Shown here one piece after another: positions 9,701-18,438 of a stretch of DNA of 64,000 nt. Both the position numbers and the translations under genes were made by a program. Below the pieces are notes generated by a model. The model saw only the letters and a list, made by a program, of their open reading frames with translations. It was not told the origin of the DNA and searched no databases. Position 1 is the first letter of the stretch. Each line of letters begins with the position of its first letter. Source of the DNA: Candidatus Spongiisociaceae bacterium (GTDB taxonomy: Bacteria > Actinomycetota > Acidimicrobiia > Spongiisociales > Spongiisociaceae); NCBI GenBank assembly GCA_965202665.1, contig OZ241841.1, forward strand, positions 960,001-1,024,000, given 5' to 3'.

Positions 9701-10321
9701 GCAGGCATGGGGGGCGGGGCGGGTGTAGGCGTCCGGGGAGGAAACCAGTTCCCCGGTCTCCTCATCTACGAACCAGAAACCCTGCGGGGTGCCGGTGATC
9801 CCGTACTTGTGGCGCAGGCCGGTGTTGAACCACTGCGGGCTGTTGGGGGCGGCTATCTGCCGGGCCAGCATGTATTTGATTTCGTCGCAGAAGGCGTCGG
9901 CGTCGGCTTCGGTGTCGAAATACCCGTACTCGTTCCCCCAGTGGCGCCAGGTTTCGGCCAGCCGGTCGAACACCGCCCGGGCGGAACGTTCCGCCCCCAG
10001 CACCGGGGAGCCGTCCCGGTCGACCAGCGGGGAGCCGTCTTCGGCCACCTGGGGCACCCCCGCCTTGCGGAAATACTTGGAAACGATGATGTCGACGGCC
10101 ACTTGCGACCAGTCGGCGGGGACTTCGGCGTCGGTCATCTCGAACACCACCGACCCGTCCGGGTTGACGATCCGGGAGTCCCGCCGCGCCCACCGCACGG
10201 CCTGGTAGGGGTCGCGGCCCGCCTGCGTAAACCGCCGCTCGACGGCCAACCCGCCGCCGTCCCCCAACTGGGCCTTGTACGCCGCGTTCCCTTCCGTCGC
10301 CTGTCCCAGCATACGCCGCAT
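6794..10321 (-). CDS. nrdJ: Vitamin B12-dependent (class II) ribonucleotide reductase
   Basis: PNSPQWFNTG, HACFI, GSGTGSN, ASNPCSEY, TACNLAS, RNAQATVLAPTGTI, ISKTIN; C-terminal TSCPD-like domain and CxxC...CxxC. Start is 10321 or 10312; RBS AGGAGG. Confidence 0.95.
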   Translation of the reverse strand: MRRMLGQATEGNAAYKAQLGDGGGLAVERRFTQAGRDPYQAVRWARRDSRIVNPDGSVVFEMTDAEVPADWSQVAVDIIVSKYFRKAGVPQVAEDGSPLVDRDGSPVLGAERSARAVFDRLAETWRHWGNEYGYFDTEADADAFCDEIKYMLARQIAAPNSPQWFNTGLRHKYGITGTPQGFWFVDEETGELVSSPDAYTRPAPHACFIQSVADDLVNEGGIMDLWVREARLFKMGSGTGSNFSSLRAEGEPLAGGGRSSGLMSFLKIGDRAAGAIKSGGTTRRAAKMVILDVDHPDIEAFIAWKKDEEDKARLLIEHGGFPADFNGEAYATVSGQNSNNSVRVTDEFLEAVKEDGEWRLTNRVDGKVRRTVKARDLWNRIAEAAWSCADPGMQYHTTINEWNTAPAGGEIRASNPCSEYMFLDDTACNLASINLVSFWDPETGVFDVESYRHAIRMWTIVLEISVTMAHFPSPPIARGSYDYRTLGLGYANLGSLLMRSGIAYDSDEGRAAAGALTAILTGEAYAASAEMAAVRGPFSKFAENREAMLRVIRNHRRAAYDSSDYEGVTAQVSGLDAAVCPSYLLEAARRAWGRALELGQRHGYRNAQATVLAPTGTIGLVMDCDTTGVEPDFALVKFKKLAGGGYFKIANQSISPALRRLGYDETQIGEILTYVVGSSTLAGAPYVNHETLAAKGLTADDLGRIEKALPGAFGLDNACNAFTLGAEAMERLGLDEAEYSAPGFDLLSALGFTGEQIKAANDRVCGHQTMEGAPYLREEHQAVFDCANRNGRYGTRFIHHTGHIKMMAAAQPFISGAISKTINMPHEATPEDVSEAYLMSWRMGVKAMALYRDGSKASQPLSASSSDGESEELPDEAEEVLAGEAAMFLGQFPEGVSPTKAYTSYPRPRFLLPARRGGWTQEARIGGYKVYLRTGEYEDGTLGEVFLDLAKEGATLRGVLGCFAIAVSKGLQYGVPLEEFVNTFAHQMFEPRGIVEGHSNIKMASSIIDYVFRALGVEYLHWDDLAQVPPDRQQELPGLPKGVVTEAGTQMELAEAAKESDIDAQTVAARFADGAEEEPPPAPLEAAYRAKNPAGPNPGANNPLSVPHVHAKGEVVPVAASRFAAGGAAEARIVRQMDTGTMMGDAPVCSTCGHMTIRNGSCFVCLTCGDTTGCS

Positions 10322-10335
10322 CTCCCTCCTGATCG

Positions 10336-10357
10336 GAACTAATTGGCCAATTAGTTC
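10336..10357. promoter_or_regulatory. Perfect 22-bp palindrome GAACTAATTGGCCAATTAGTTC upstream of nrdJ (candidate operator)
   Basis: Read directly. It lies just upstream of the nrdJ RBS in an AT-rich intergenic region. Confidence 0.55.
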
Positions 10358-10717
10358 GCTAAATGGCCAAGCAATTTACTTGTATATTGTTTCAATACCA
10401 AGTTATTTGCTATTAATTGTCCCGCATGCGCCACACCCTCCCTTCCTGCTTGTATCTGCCCCCCAGGGGGGCAGGCTATCGTAATATCATTTATGTAATT
10501 TGTCAAATTACCGGCCTTGGGGGGACAGAGCCAGCACCGATCGTCCGAGGCGGAAGTACAAACGTCCAGGTAGCCCGCGGGCGATCGTTCGGGAAGTTGC
10601 GGGGAAGGGGGGCGCAACCGCCCCCGGGGATGGGATTACCATAGCCCGGCTTTTTCTGGGGCGTCCGCTCCAGGGCGGAATTTTTTTTCGGGCGGTAGAG
10701 GCGGTAGAATGGGGCGC

Positions 10718-11860
10718 ATGGACCTGTATGCGCGCGTAAACATCCTGAACGGCCAAGCGGTGCGTTTGCGTCGGGGGCTGGTCTCCGACGCCATGACCTT
10801 GGACGAAGACCCCATCAACCGGGTGCGGGGCTGGGTGGAGCAGGGAGCGGATCACATCTTGGTGGTGGATTTGGATGCGGCCGCCTTCGGCTCCTACCAG
10901 AACCGCCCCATCATCGACCGGATGCTGGAGGAGGTTCCGGTGCGGACGGTGGTGGCGGGCGGGGTGCGCTCCGACAAGGAAGCCGACCGCCTCATCAAGC
11001 AGGGGGCGTGGCGGGTGATGATGGGCACCGCCGCCATCGAACGGGACAACATGGTGTGGGATCTGTGCCGCGACCATCCGGGCAAAATCATGGTCTCCTT
11101 GGACGTGCTGGAAAACGAAGAGTTGGTAACCAGGGGCTGGACGCTCAACTCGGGGCGTTTTTTGGAGGAGGTGATGTTGTCCATGGCCTCCTGCGGCGTG
11201 ACCGCCTTTTTCGTGACCGACGCCCGCCGGGATGTGCTGTCGGAGGCCCCCAACACCGACATTCTGCGGGCGGCCATGGAATACGTGGACGAGCCGATCA
11301 TCGCCGCCGGGGGCACCCGCCATTTGGAGGATGTGGCGCTGTTGCGTTCCATCAAAGTCAACGGACGCGCCTTGGCCGGCTTGGTGGTGGGGCGGGAGGT
11401 GACCGAAGGCCGGTTCACCATCGAGGAGGCGCTGGCCGCCTTGCGGGAGCCGCCGGAGCCGACCTCCCCCGCTTTGGCCCAGATGCGGGTGGTGCTGCAG
11501 TGCCGGGATTTGCGCCGCAGCGCCGTTTTCTACGAGGAACTGCTGGGTTTCCGGGAGTTGGAAACCTGGGAGGGGGGGTTGCTTTTGGAAGCGGTGGACG
11601 GTTCCCTGGTGGAGTTGACGGCCACTTCCGGGGGCGGAACGGGCGGGGCTTCGCTGTCGCTCCTGACGGACAACCTGGACGCCTGGGCGGAACGGGTAAA
11701 AAACAGCAAAACCCCGCTGACCTGGGACAACGCCGATTCGGGACGGCGGTTGATCATAGAGGACCCGGACGCCCGCCCGATAATTCTGGCCGAAGGCAAA
11801 GCCGATTTCCACACCCCCACCGGCCACCTGGCCCGCCCCTACCGCACCTTCACCCCCTAA
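10718..11860 (+). CDS. HisA/HisF-type TIM-barrel protein fused to a C-terminal VOC (glyoxalase-like) domain
   Basis: GQAVRLRRG, VVDLDAA, AGGVRS, MGTAA, VSLD, RGW, TDARRD, AAGG; then CRDLRRSAVFYEELLGF...IIEDPD. TAGAAT -10 lies 7 nt before ATG 10718. Confidence 0.8.
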   Translation: MDLYARVNILNGQAVRLRRGLVSDAMTLDEDPINRVRGWVEQGADHILVVDLDAAAFGSYQNRPIIDRMLEEVPVRTVVAGGVRSDKEADRLIKQGAWRVMMGTAAIERDNMVWDLCRDHPGKIMVSLDVLENEELVTRGWTLNSGRFLEEVMLSMASCGVTAFFVTDARRDVLSEAPNTDILRAAMEYVDEPIIAAGGTRHLEDVALLRSIKVNGRALAGLVVGREVTEGRFTIEEALAALREPPEPTSPALAQMRVVLQCRDLRRSAVFYEELLGFRELETWEGGLLLEAVDGSLVELTATSGGGTGGASLSLLTDNLDAWAERVKNSKTPLTWDNADSGRRLIIEDPDARPIILAEGKADFHTPTGHLARPYRTFTP

Positions 11861-11939
11861 CCCCGCCCCGCCCGGACCACCCGCCACACCCCCGCTGGCA
11901 AACCGCGCCGCCGTTGCCCGGGCTTACGGCGTCCGGGTT

Positions 11940-13295
11940 TCAGGCGAGGGCGGCGTCTCCGGCTCGGCGGGCGGCTATGTGGATCAAATCCCACACTCCG
12001 GAAAACGGCGGGGCGTAGGCCAAATCCGCCCAGGCCAGGTCTTGGGCGGTCATCCCCGACCAGATGGCGGCGGCGAACACGTCGATGCGCTTGCCCGCCC
12101 CCGGCCCGCCCACCACTTGCGCCCCCAAGATGCGCCCGGTTCCCTTTTCGGCGGCTACCCGGATGGTCATCGGGGCGGCGGCCGGCCAATATCCGGCGGC
12201 GGTGGTTCCCTGCGCCTCCCCGACGACCGCCCGCATTCCGGCGGCGGCCGCGTCGGAAGCCCGCAGGCCGGTGGATGAAATTTCCAATTCGCAAATTTTG
12301 ACGATGGCGGTGCCCAGCGCCCCGGGGAAACGGGCCTCCCCACCGCCGATGTTGATTCCCGCCACCCGCCCCGCCTTGTTGGCGATGGTTCCCAGATGGT
12401 AGTTGACCGGAGCCCCTGTTATAAAATGCCGGGCTTCGGCGCAGTCGCCCGCCGACCACACCCCGTCCCGGTCGGTGCGTTGCCGGTCGTCCACCGCCAC
12501 CGCCCCGGTTTCCCCCACCCCCACCCCGGCTTGCCGGGCCAGTTCGGATTCCGGGCGGAACCCCAGGCCGAGCACCACCGCCTCCGCCGGATGGGTTTCG
12601 CCTTCGCATCCCACGCTTGACGCCCGTTCCCCCCCGTTGATGCATTCCACGCGGGTTCCGGTCACCACCCGGATGCCCATGTTTTCCATCGCCTCCACCA
12701 CCTGTCCGCCCAAGTCGGGGTCCAGGGTGCGTTCCAGCACCGCCTCCCCGGAGGTGAGAACGGTGGTTCGCCATCCCCGGGCGTGGAAGGCCTCCGCCGC
12801 CTCCAAACCCACGTAGCCTCCCCCCACCACCACCGCATTTCCCGGCCCTTGGTCGGCGGCGGCCCGCAACAGGGCGGCGTCGTCCAAAGTGTGCAACCCG
12901 TACACGCCGGGCAGGTCCGCCCCGTTGATGGGTGGCCGCAATGGACGGGCGCCGGTGGCGATCATCAACTGGTCGAAGCCGAAGCTGACCGATTCCCCGG
13001 CATCCAAGTCGGCGGCCTGCACGATGCGGCGGTCCAAGTCGATGGCGACCGCTTCGTGGCGGGTGCGCACTTCGATGTCCATGGCCGCGAAGGCTTCGGG
13101 GGTGCGGGCCACCAACCGTTCCAGCGGTTCCACGTAACCGGCTACGTAGTAGGGCTCGCCGCAGGCCGAGTAACTCACCCAGTTGGAACGTTCCAGGGCG
13201 ATGATTTCCAATTCGGCGGACGAACGGCGGCGGCGGGCCTGGGAGGCGGCGGACATCCCGGCCGCGTCCCCGCCGATGACGACCAGCCTTTCCAT
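11940..13295 (-). CDS. CoA-disulfide reductase / NADH oxidase family FAD-dependent oxidoreductase
   Basis: VIGGDAAGMSAA, SYSACG redox Cys, IATGARP, GGGYVGLE, AGDCAE, DLAYAPPFS. Confidence 0.9.
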   Translation of the reverse strand: MERLVVIGGDAAGMSAASQARRRRSSAELEIIALERSNWVSYSACGEPYYVAGYVEPLERLVARTPEAFAAMDIEVRTRHEAVAIDLDRRIVQAADLDAGESVSFGFDQLMIATGARPLRPPINGADLPGVYGLHTLDDAALLRAAADQGPGNAVVVGGGYVGLEAAEAFHARGWRTTVLTSGEAVLERTLDPDLGGQVVEAMENMGIRVVTGTRVECINGGERASSVGCEGETHPAEAVVLGLGFRPESELARQAGVGVGETGAVAVDDRQRTDRDGVWSAGDCAEARHFITGAPVNYHLGTIANKAGRVAGINIGGGEARFPGALGTAIVKICELEISSTGLRASDAAAAGMRAVVGEAQGTTAAGYWPAAAPMTIRVAAEKGTGRILGAQVVGGPGAGKRIDVFAAAIWSGMTAQDLAWADLAYAPPFSGVWDLIHIAARRAGDAALA

Positions 13296-13326
13296 GCCTC
13301 CTCCCTATCAGGAGGGGACGGGCCGG

Positions 13327-13695
13327 TCAGCGGCGTTTGCCGGCCTGCTTCTCCTTTTGCCGTTTGCGGCGGCGCAACCAGAAGGTGATGAATTCGTCGG
13401 CTACCACCGACAGCAGCACCACCAGCAGGATCAGCACCACCAACGGCATCCGCCAAGTCCAAAACAGGAAGTTGACTTCGGCGGAGGCGATGTTCTGGAC
13501 AGCGAAGATGGCGATCAGCACCACCGCCACCAGGCTCACCACCAGCCCCCAGCGTATGCCCGACCGCAAAGTTTCTTCCGGCGAGTCGGCGGACGAAGCG
13601 GTGTCTTTCTGTTTGGCCAGCGGGTCGGGGCGGCCCGGTTGGGGCGGGCCGGAGGGCCGCGGCTTGGGTTCGGGGGGAGTGTTGGTTCTATCCAT
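13327..13695 (-). CDS. LapA/DUF1049 family small membrane protein
   Basis: IFAVQN...VNFLFW...MPL, two transmembrane helices, basic tail. Confidence 0.75.
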   Translation of the reverse strand: MDRTNTPPEPKPRPSGPPQPGRPDPLAKQKDTASSADSPEETLRSGIRWGLVVSLVAVVLIAIFAVQNIASAEVNFLFWTWRMPLVVLILLVVLLSVVADEFITFWLRRRKRQKEKQAGKRR

Positions 13696-13773
13696 ATGGT
13701 TAGGTTACACTAAACAGACCGACTCCGCTAGCGGACGGCGGGAATTGTCCACCCGATGATAAGGAGACAGCCG

Positions 13774-14523
13774 ATGGCCAATGCGATACGGGAACGGGTG
13801 CGGGAGGAGTACGCGCAAACGGCCCGCGCCGCCCGTCATACGACCGGAGGCGATTCCTGTTGCAACGGGGAAGGATGTTGCGGCGGGGCGGGCGAGGCGG
13901 AAATCGCCCACCGGCATTACTCCGACGCCGAGTTGGGGGAGTTGCCAACGGCGGCCGCCGAAGCCTCCCGGGGTTGCGGCAATCCGATGGCGGTGGCCGA
14001 CCTGCGCCCGGGGGAGACGGTGCTGGATCTGGGTTCCGGCGGGGGGATCGACGTGTTGCTGTCCGCCCGGCGGGTGGGGCCGGACGGGTTCGCCTACGGG
14101 TTGGACATGACCGAGGAGATGCTGGAGCTGGCCCGGGCCAACGCCGTCCAAGCCGGGGTGGAAAACGTGGAGTTTCTAGCCGGGCTAATGGAGGAGATTC
14201 CCCTGCCGGACGACAGCGTGGACGTGGTCATTTCCAACTGCGTAATCAACCTGTCCACCGACAAGCAAGCCGTGTTCCGGGAAATAGCCCGCGTGCTCCG
14301 CCCCGGAGGCCGGTGCGGCATCTACGACATCGTGGCCGAAAACGGAATGAGCCAAAAGGAACGCCTGGATCGGGGCTCCTGGGTAGGTTGCATAGCCGGA
14401 GCCCTAACCTTCGAAGAATTCCAAGCTGGCCTAGAGAAGGCGGGCCTGACCAACATAGAGATAACCCCCCACCACCAAGAAACCGAACACATGCACTCCT
14501 GCATAATCCGAGCCACCCGATAA
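13774..14523 (+). CDS. arsM: Arsenite S-adenosylmethyltransferase
   Basis: VREEYA, Cys-rich N-terminus, [38 protein letters not shown]; RBS AAGGAG. Confidence 0.88.
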   Translation: MANAIRERVREEYAQTARAARHTTGGDSCCNGEGCCGGAGEAEIAHRHYSDAELGELPTAAAEASRGCGNPMAVADLRPGETVLDLGSGGGIDVLLSARRVGPDGFAYGLDMTEEMLELARANAVQAGVENVEFLAGLMEEIPLPDDSVDVVISNCVINLSTDKQAVFREIARVLRPGGRCGIYDIVAENGMSQKERLDRGSWVGCIAGALTFEEFQAGLEKAGLTNIEITPHHQETEHMHSCIIRATR

Positions 14524-14571
14524 GTGTATAATAGACAACCAAGGAAATACGGCCTTACACAGGAGCCAACA

Positions 14572-15222
14572 ATGAGCGCGAACCTGCTAAAGGAGTTGGA
14601 GAAAGAGGGTTGGGCTACAATGCCCGCCGAATCCAAAGATACTGAGCATATCCAGAGTGCTTTAGTATCTATTGCAGCCGACTTGGGTCAGCCCATTTCG
14701 ACCAAAAACGGCGTCGTTGAAGAAGTATCGCCGTATCACATAGAAGATAGTAATCCTAACTCTCTGAGCGGAAAGTATGGTTTAGATAATTTTCCGCTAC
14801 ATTGCGATACAAGTCATTGGGTTGTGCCTTGCCGTTATGTACTGCTTTCCTGTAAGAAGGCCAGCGATATTCCTGTTTCAACAAAACTACTTGATACTCT
14901 AAATATGGATTTATCATTGTCGGACAAACAACTTGCCCTATCTTCCGTTTTTCTTATCAAAAATGGTAGAAAGTCATTCTATTCTAGCATTCTATCATCC
15001 AGTAGAGATTTTATCCGCCTAGACCCTGGTTACATGTATGCGTTGGATGACGATGGTAAAAAGGCGATGGAAGTTTATTCTTACGCCAAACAGAAGGCTA
15101 AGATTATAGAAATAAATTGGCAAATAGCCGATATATTAATAATTGATAATTGGAGAGTCCTCCATGGGCGAGGAGCAAGTCCAAAATTGGATCGCAAACT
15201 ACTAAGAGTTCGTGTAAAATGA
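14572..15222 (+). CDS. TauD/TfdA-like Fe(II)/2-oxoglutarate dioxygenase (AT-rich island)
   Basis: HxD motif FPLHCDTSHW, distal DNWRVLHGR and RKLLR. RBS AGGAG at 14561; TATAAT at 14527-14532. Confidence 0.8.
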   Translation: MSANLLKELEKEGWATMPAESKDTEHIQSALVSIAADLGQPISTKNGVVEEVSPYHIEDSNPNSLSGKYGLDNFPLHCDTSHWVVPCRYVLLSCKKASDIPVSTKLLDTLNMDLSLSDKQLALSSVFLIKNGRKSFYSSILSSSRDFIRLDPGYMYALDDDGKKAMEVYSYAKQKAKIIEINWQIADILIIDNWRVLHGRGASPKLDRKLLRVRVK

Positions 15223-16172
15223 AGATAGGACCATTGCAAACTGCCATAGATCCTGATGCCCTCATGGGTAAATCCAAAGTATATATACGAAGAGCTTTGA
15301 ATTGCAAGAATACAAACGATCACGACCAGTATCAACTCTGGGCTTCGCTAGCACTAGAGTTGCTCGCCAAGTCTTTTCTGGCAAAAATTCATCCCAGCCT
15401 AATTGTTAAACCCGACCATTTTCCATCTCTTTCCGCAGCCTCGGGTATCAACATAGAAACCGATATAATAACAATACCCGCTAAAACACTGTTTGATCGA
15501 CTTGAAAAATTGTTACCCGAATTCGATGAAAAAGTGAAGGAATTTTGTTACGCTATATCTAGAAGGAGAAACGCAGAGCTCCATTCAGGTGAAGTTCCTT
15601 TCCAAGATATGAGATTAGAAACATGGGAAGGCCCATATTGGTATACCGTGCAAATCCTCCTAAAGATGTCAGCATCTAATTTGGAGGAATGGCTAGGAGT
15701 AAATACTAAACCACCACCCGAAATTTTAGATTCGTTCTGGAAAGCTACAAAAAACATTGTGGAAACAAAAATTGAGCAAGCAAAAGAGGGGTTTAGCAAC
15801 CTCTCAAAAAGAGAGCACTCTAAATCGCTAGATAACATACCAGAAATAACAACGGACTGTTGCCGAGAATTCTTTGATCTAGCCGAGCCATATATTTGCT
15901 GGGAATCAGAATGTCCTGCTTGTCCTGGACCGGCGATAATGGCTGGTAAGCAGTATGGTGAAGACATATTTAACCGAGAAATAGACCAAGAGGATGACTA
16001 TACAATATGGGATAATGTGATCAAATATTATGGAGCGGAGGAATTTCATTGCCCTATTTGTAATCTACATCTTGATAGACAGTCAGAAATAGCAGTAACA
16101 AATATGACATCTGAATATGATGAAGTCGAAGATCGAGTATCCGAATATCAATTAGAGTACGAAAACGAATAA
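15219..16172 (+). CDS. HEPN-like protein with a C-terminal Zn ribbon (AT-rich island)
   Basis: ATGA overlap with the dioxygenase stop. SLALELLAK and RRNAELH (RxxxxH) motifs, CPAC...CPIC, acidic tail. Confidence 0.7.
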   Translation: MKIGPLQTAIDPDALMGKSKVYIRRALNCKNTNDHDQYQLWASLALELLAKSFLAKIHPSLIVKPDHFPSLSAASGINIETDIITIPAKTLFDRLEKLLPEFDEKVKEFCYAISRRRNAELHSGEVPFQDMRLETWEGPYWYTVQILLKMSASNLEEWLGVNTKPPPEILDSFWKATKNIVETKIEQAKEGFSNLSKREHSKSLDNIPEITTDCCREFFDLAEPYICWESECPACPGPAIMAGKQYGEDIFNREIDQEDDYTIWDNVIKYYGAEEFHCPICNLHLDRQSEIAVTNMTSEYDEVEDRVSEYQLEYENE

Positions 16173-16185
16173 TCTTAATATTTTG

Positions 16186-16908
16186 CTACTGGGTTGGGTT
16201 TTCTTGGTTTCGGTGTAGGGGGGAGGGTGGGGGATTGAGTCCTGTTTGGGCGGATAGCATTTTTTCTAGTTGTTCTCCTACTCCTAGGACGTGTTCGCTT
16301 ACCATTTTGCGTACTGTGGCGGTGTCGCGGGCTTCCATTGCTCGGATTATTTCTTCGTGCTCCTCTGCTCCTCGTATCGCCCAGTCGGGGGCTTCTTCTA
16401 CGAAATCGTCGGGGATGTAAGCCGAGATGGGGCGTAGCACGGCCAGCACCGGGGTGGAATGGGACATCCGGTTCAGTTGCCGGTGGAAGCTTCCGTTCAG
16501 GCGGGCGGCGGCTGCTATCTCCCCCCGGCGGGCCGCTTCGATCATCTGCCTATTGGTTTCCTTCAACCGGGCCAGCTCCGCCGCCGTGTACCGTTCGGCG
16601 GCCCGGGCGGCGGCCAGCGCATGCAAATGGGACTGCGCCTCGAAGGCGTCCCGGATGTCGGCGGGGGTGATGTCGGCCACTTCGGCGTCTTTGCCGTTGG
16701 GCCGGGTCACGAACCCTTCCATCTCCAAAATGTTGATGGCGTCCCGGGCCGGCATGCGGCTGGTGCCGAACCGCCGGCACACCTCGTCCTGCGGCAAAGG
16801 CGACCCGGCCGGCAAAGCGCCGAACAGAATCTCGTGGCGCAACCGCTCCGCTATCTGCTGACCGAGCGGGCGGCGATCCAAACCCGGTTCGCCTGCGGAC
16901 AACTTCAC
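16186..16908 (-). CDS. GntR family transcriptional regulator (FCD domain)
   Basis: IAERLRHEILFGALPAG...FGTSRMPARDA...LEMEGFV HTH; LNGSFH, EEHEEIIRAM, MVSEHV. Confidence 0.9.
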   Translation of the reverse strand: MKLSAGEPGLDRRPLGQQIAERLRHEILFGALPAGSPLPQDEVCRRFGTSRMPARDAINILEMEGFVTRPNGKDAEVADITPADIRDAFEAQSHLHALAAARAAERYTAAELARLKETNRQMIEAARRGEIAAAARLNGSFHRQLNRMSHSTPVLAVLRPISAYIPDDFVEEAPDWAIRGAEEHEEIIRAMEARDTATVRKMVSEHVLGVGEQLEKMLSAQTGLNPPPSPLHRNQENPTQ

Positions 16909-16913
16909 CCCGC

Positions 16914-18329
16914 TCAGCCGACCGCGCCCGCCGCCGCCATGTTCAACTCAATCAGGCGGTTCATCTCCACCGCGTATTCCATCGGCAATTCTTTGACGAT
17001 CGGCTCAATGAACCCGGCCACCACCATGGAAGTGGCCTCGTCCTCGGTCAGCCCCCGGCTCATCAGGTAAAACAACTGCTCCTCCCCCACTTTGGACACG
17101 GTGGCCTCATGCCCGATCTGGGTGTCGGCCTCCTCGATCTCCATATAAGGATAGGTGTCCGACCGGCTGTCGTCGTCCAAAATCAGCGCATCGCACCGCA
17201 CGAAGGATTTGGCATCCTCCGCTCCCGGCTCCACCCGCACCAGCCCCCGGTAACCGGACCGGCCGCCCCCTTTGCTGATCGACTTGGACAGAATCGTGGA
17301 AGTGGTGTTGGGGGCGACATGCACCATCTTCGCCCCCGTGTCCTGATGCTGCCCCTCCCCGGCGAAAGCGATGGACAGCACCTCGCCGTGCGCCCCCGGC
17401 TCCATCAGCCACACCGCCGGATACTTCATCGTCAACTTCGACCCCAGGTTGCCGTCCACCCATTCCATGGTGGCGTCCCGGTAGGCGGCCGCCCGCTTGG
17501 TCACCAGGTTGTAAACGTTGTTGGACCAGTTCTGGATGGTGGTGTAACGGCACCGCCCCCCCGCTTTTACCACGATCTCCACCACCGCCGAATGCAGCGA
17601 ATCGGTGGAGTAAACAGGGGCCGAACATCCTTCCACGTAATGGCAGAAAGCGCCCTCGTCCACGATAATCAAAGTGCGCTCGAACTGGCCCATATTCTCC
17701 GAGTTGATGCGGAAATAGGCCTGCAACGGCTGGTCCACATGCACCCCGGGCGGCACGTAGATGAACGACCCGCCGGACCACACCGACGAGTTGAGGGCGG
17801 CAAACTTGTTGTCGTTGGGCGGGATAACCGTCCCGAAATGCTCCCGCACCAGCTCCGGATGCTCCCGCACCGCCGAATCCATGTCCATGAACAGCACGCC
17901 CAGCGACTCCAGGTCCTCCCGGTTGCGGTGATACACCACCTCCGACTCGTACTGGGCGGTCACCCCCGCCAAAAATTTGCGCTCCGCCTCCGGAATGCCC
18001 AACTTCTCATAGGTGTCTTTGATGGATTCGGGCACCATATCCCAGTCTTTGGCCTGCTCCTCGGCCGGTTTGACGTAGTAATAGATGTCATCGAAGTCGA
18101 TTTCATCCAGTTTGCCCCCGCCCCCCCAGGTGGGCATCGGCCGGCGCAGGAAACGCTGATAGGCCCGCAGGCGGAAATCCAGCATCCACTGCGGTTCGCC
18201 TTTGATGCGGGACATCTCGCGGATGATGTCCTCGTTCAGGCCCTTCTCCGGCTTGAAAACGTAGTCGTCCTCCGGGTCGCTCCACCCCAACCGGTAAGCC
18301 CCCAAATCAATATCAACTGTGGTGGTCAT
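16914..18329 (-). CDS. sufB: Fe-S cluster assembly protein SufB
   Basis: [69 protein letters not shown]. Confidence 0.95.
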   Translation of the reverse strand: MTTTVDIDLGAYRLGWSDPEDDYVFKPEKGLNEDIIREMSRIKGEPQWMLDFRLRAYQRFLRRPMPTWGGGGKLDEIDFDDIYYYVKPAEEQAKDWDMVPESIKDTYEKLGIPEAERKFLAGVTAQYESEVVYHRNREDLESLGVLFMDMDSAVREHPELVREHFGTVIPPNDNKFAALNSSVWSGGSFIYVPPGVHVDQPLQAYFRINSENMGQFERTLIIVDEGAFCHYVEGCSAPVYSTDSLHSAVVEIVVKAGGRCRYTTIQNWSNNVYNLVTKRAAAYRDATMEWVDGNLGSKLTMKYPAVWLMEPGAHGEVLSIAFAGEGQHQDTGAKMVHVAPNTTSTILSKSISKGGGRSGYRGLVRVEPGAEDAKSFVRCDALILDDDSRSDTYPYMEIEEADTQIGHEATVSKVGEEQLFYLMSRGLTEDEATSMVVAGFIEPIVKELPMEYAVEMNRLIELNMAAAGAVG

Positions 18330-18402
18330 GTCCGCCGTCCCTCATTTTTTTCTCCTATTCCCTTACGGGCTTGCCCCCATCCTACCAACTCCCCGCCCAA
18401 TA

Positions 18403-18438
18403 TAAAACCCAGCCGCGATCCGGCCCGCGGCGGGGGCT
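18403..18438 (-). terminator. Probable intrinsic terminator after gltD
   Basis: The minus strand forms a CCC-GCCGCG...CGCGGC-GGG stem followed by TTTT. Confidence 0.5.

Larger units (their letters stand above)
14524..16185. mobile_element. AT-rich horizontally acquired two-gene islet (no mobility gene)
   Basis: Abrupt drop in GC between the convergent stops of arsM and gntR. No integrase, transposase or terminal repeats seen. Confidence 0.65.

Noticed and set aside
7223-10342. 1039-aa plus-strand ORF
   Set aside because: Antisense shadow of nrdJ caused by high-GC codon bias; no recognisable motifs.
10330-10700. Cobalamin riboswitch or canonical tandem NrdR boxes upstream of nrdJ
   Set aside because: No B12-box consensus was recognised, and there is only one weak NrdR-like match.
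14524-16185. IS element, prophage or integron cassette origin for the AT-rich islet
   Set aside because: No transposase or integrase, terminal inverted repeats, target duplication or attC-like site was recognised.
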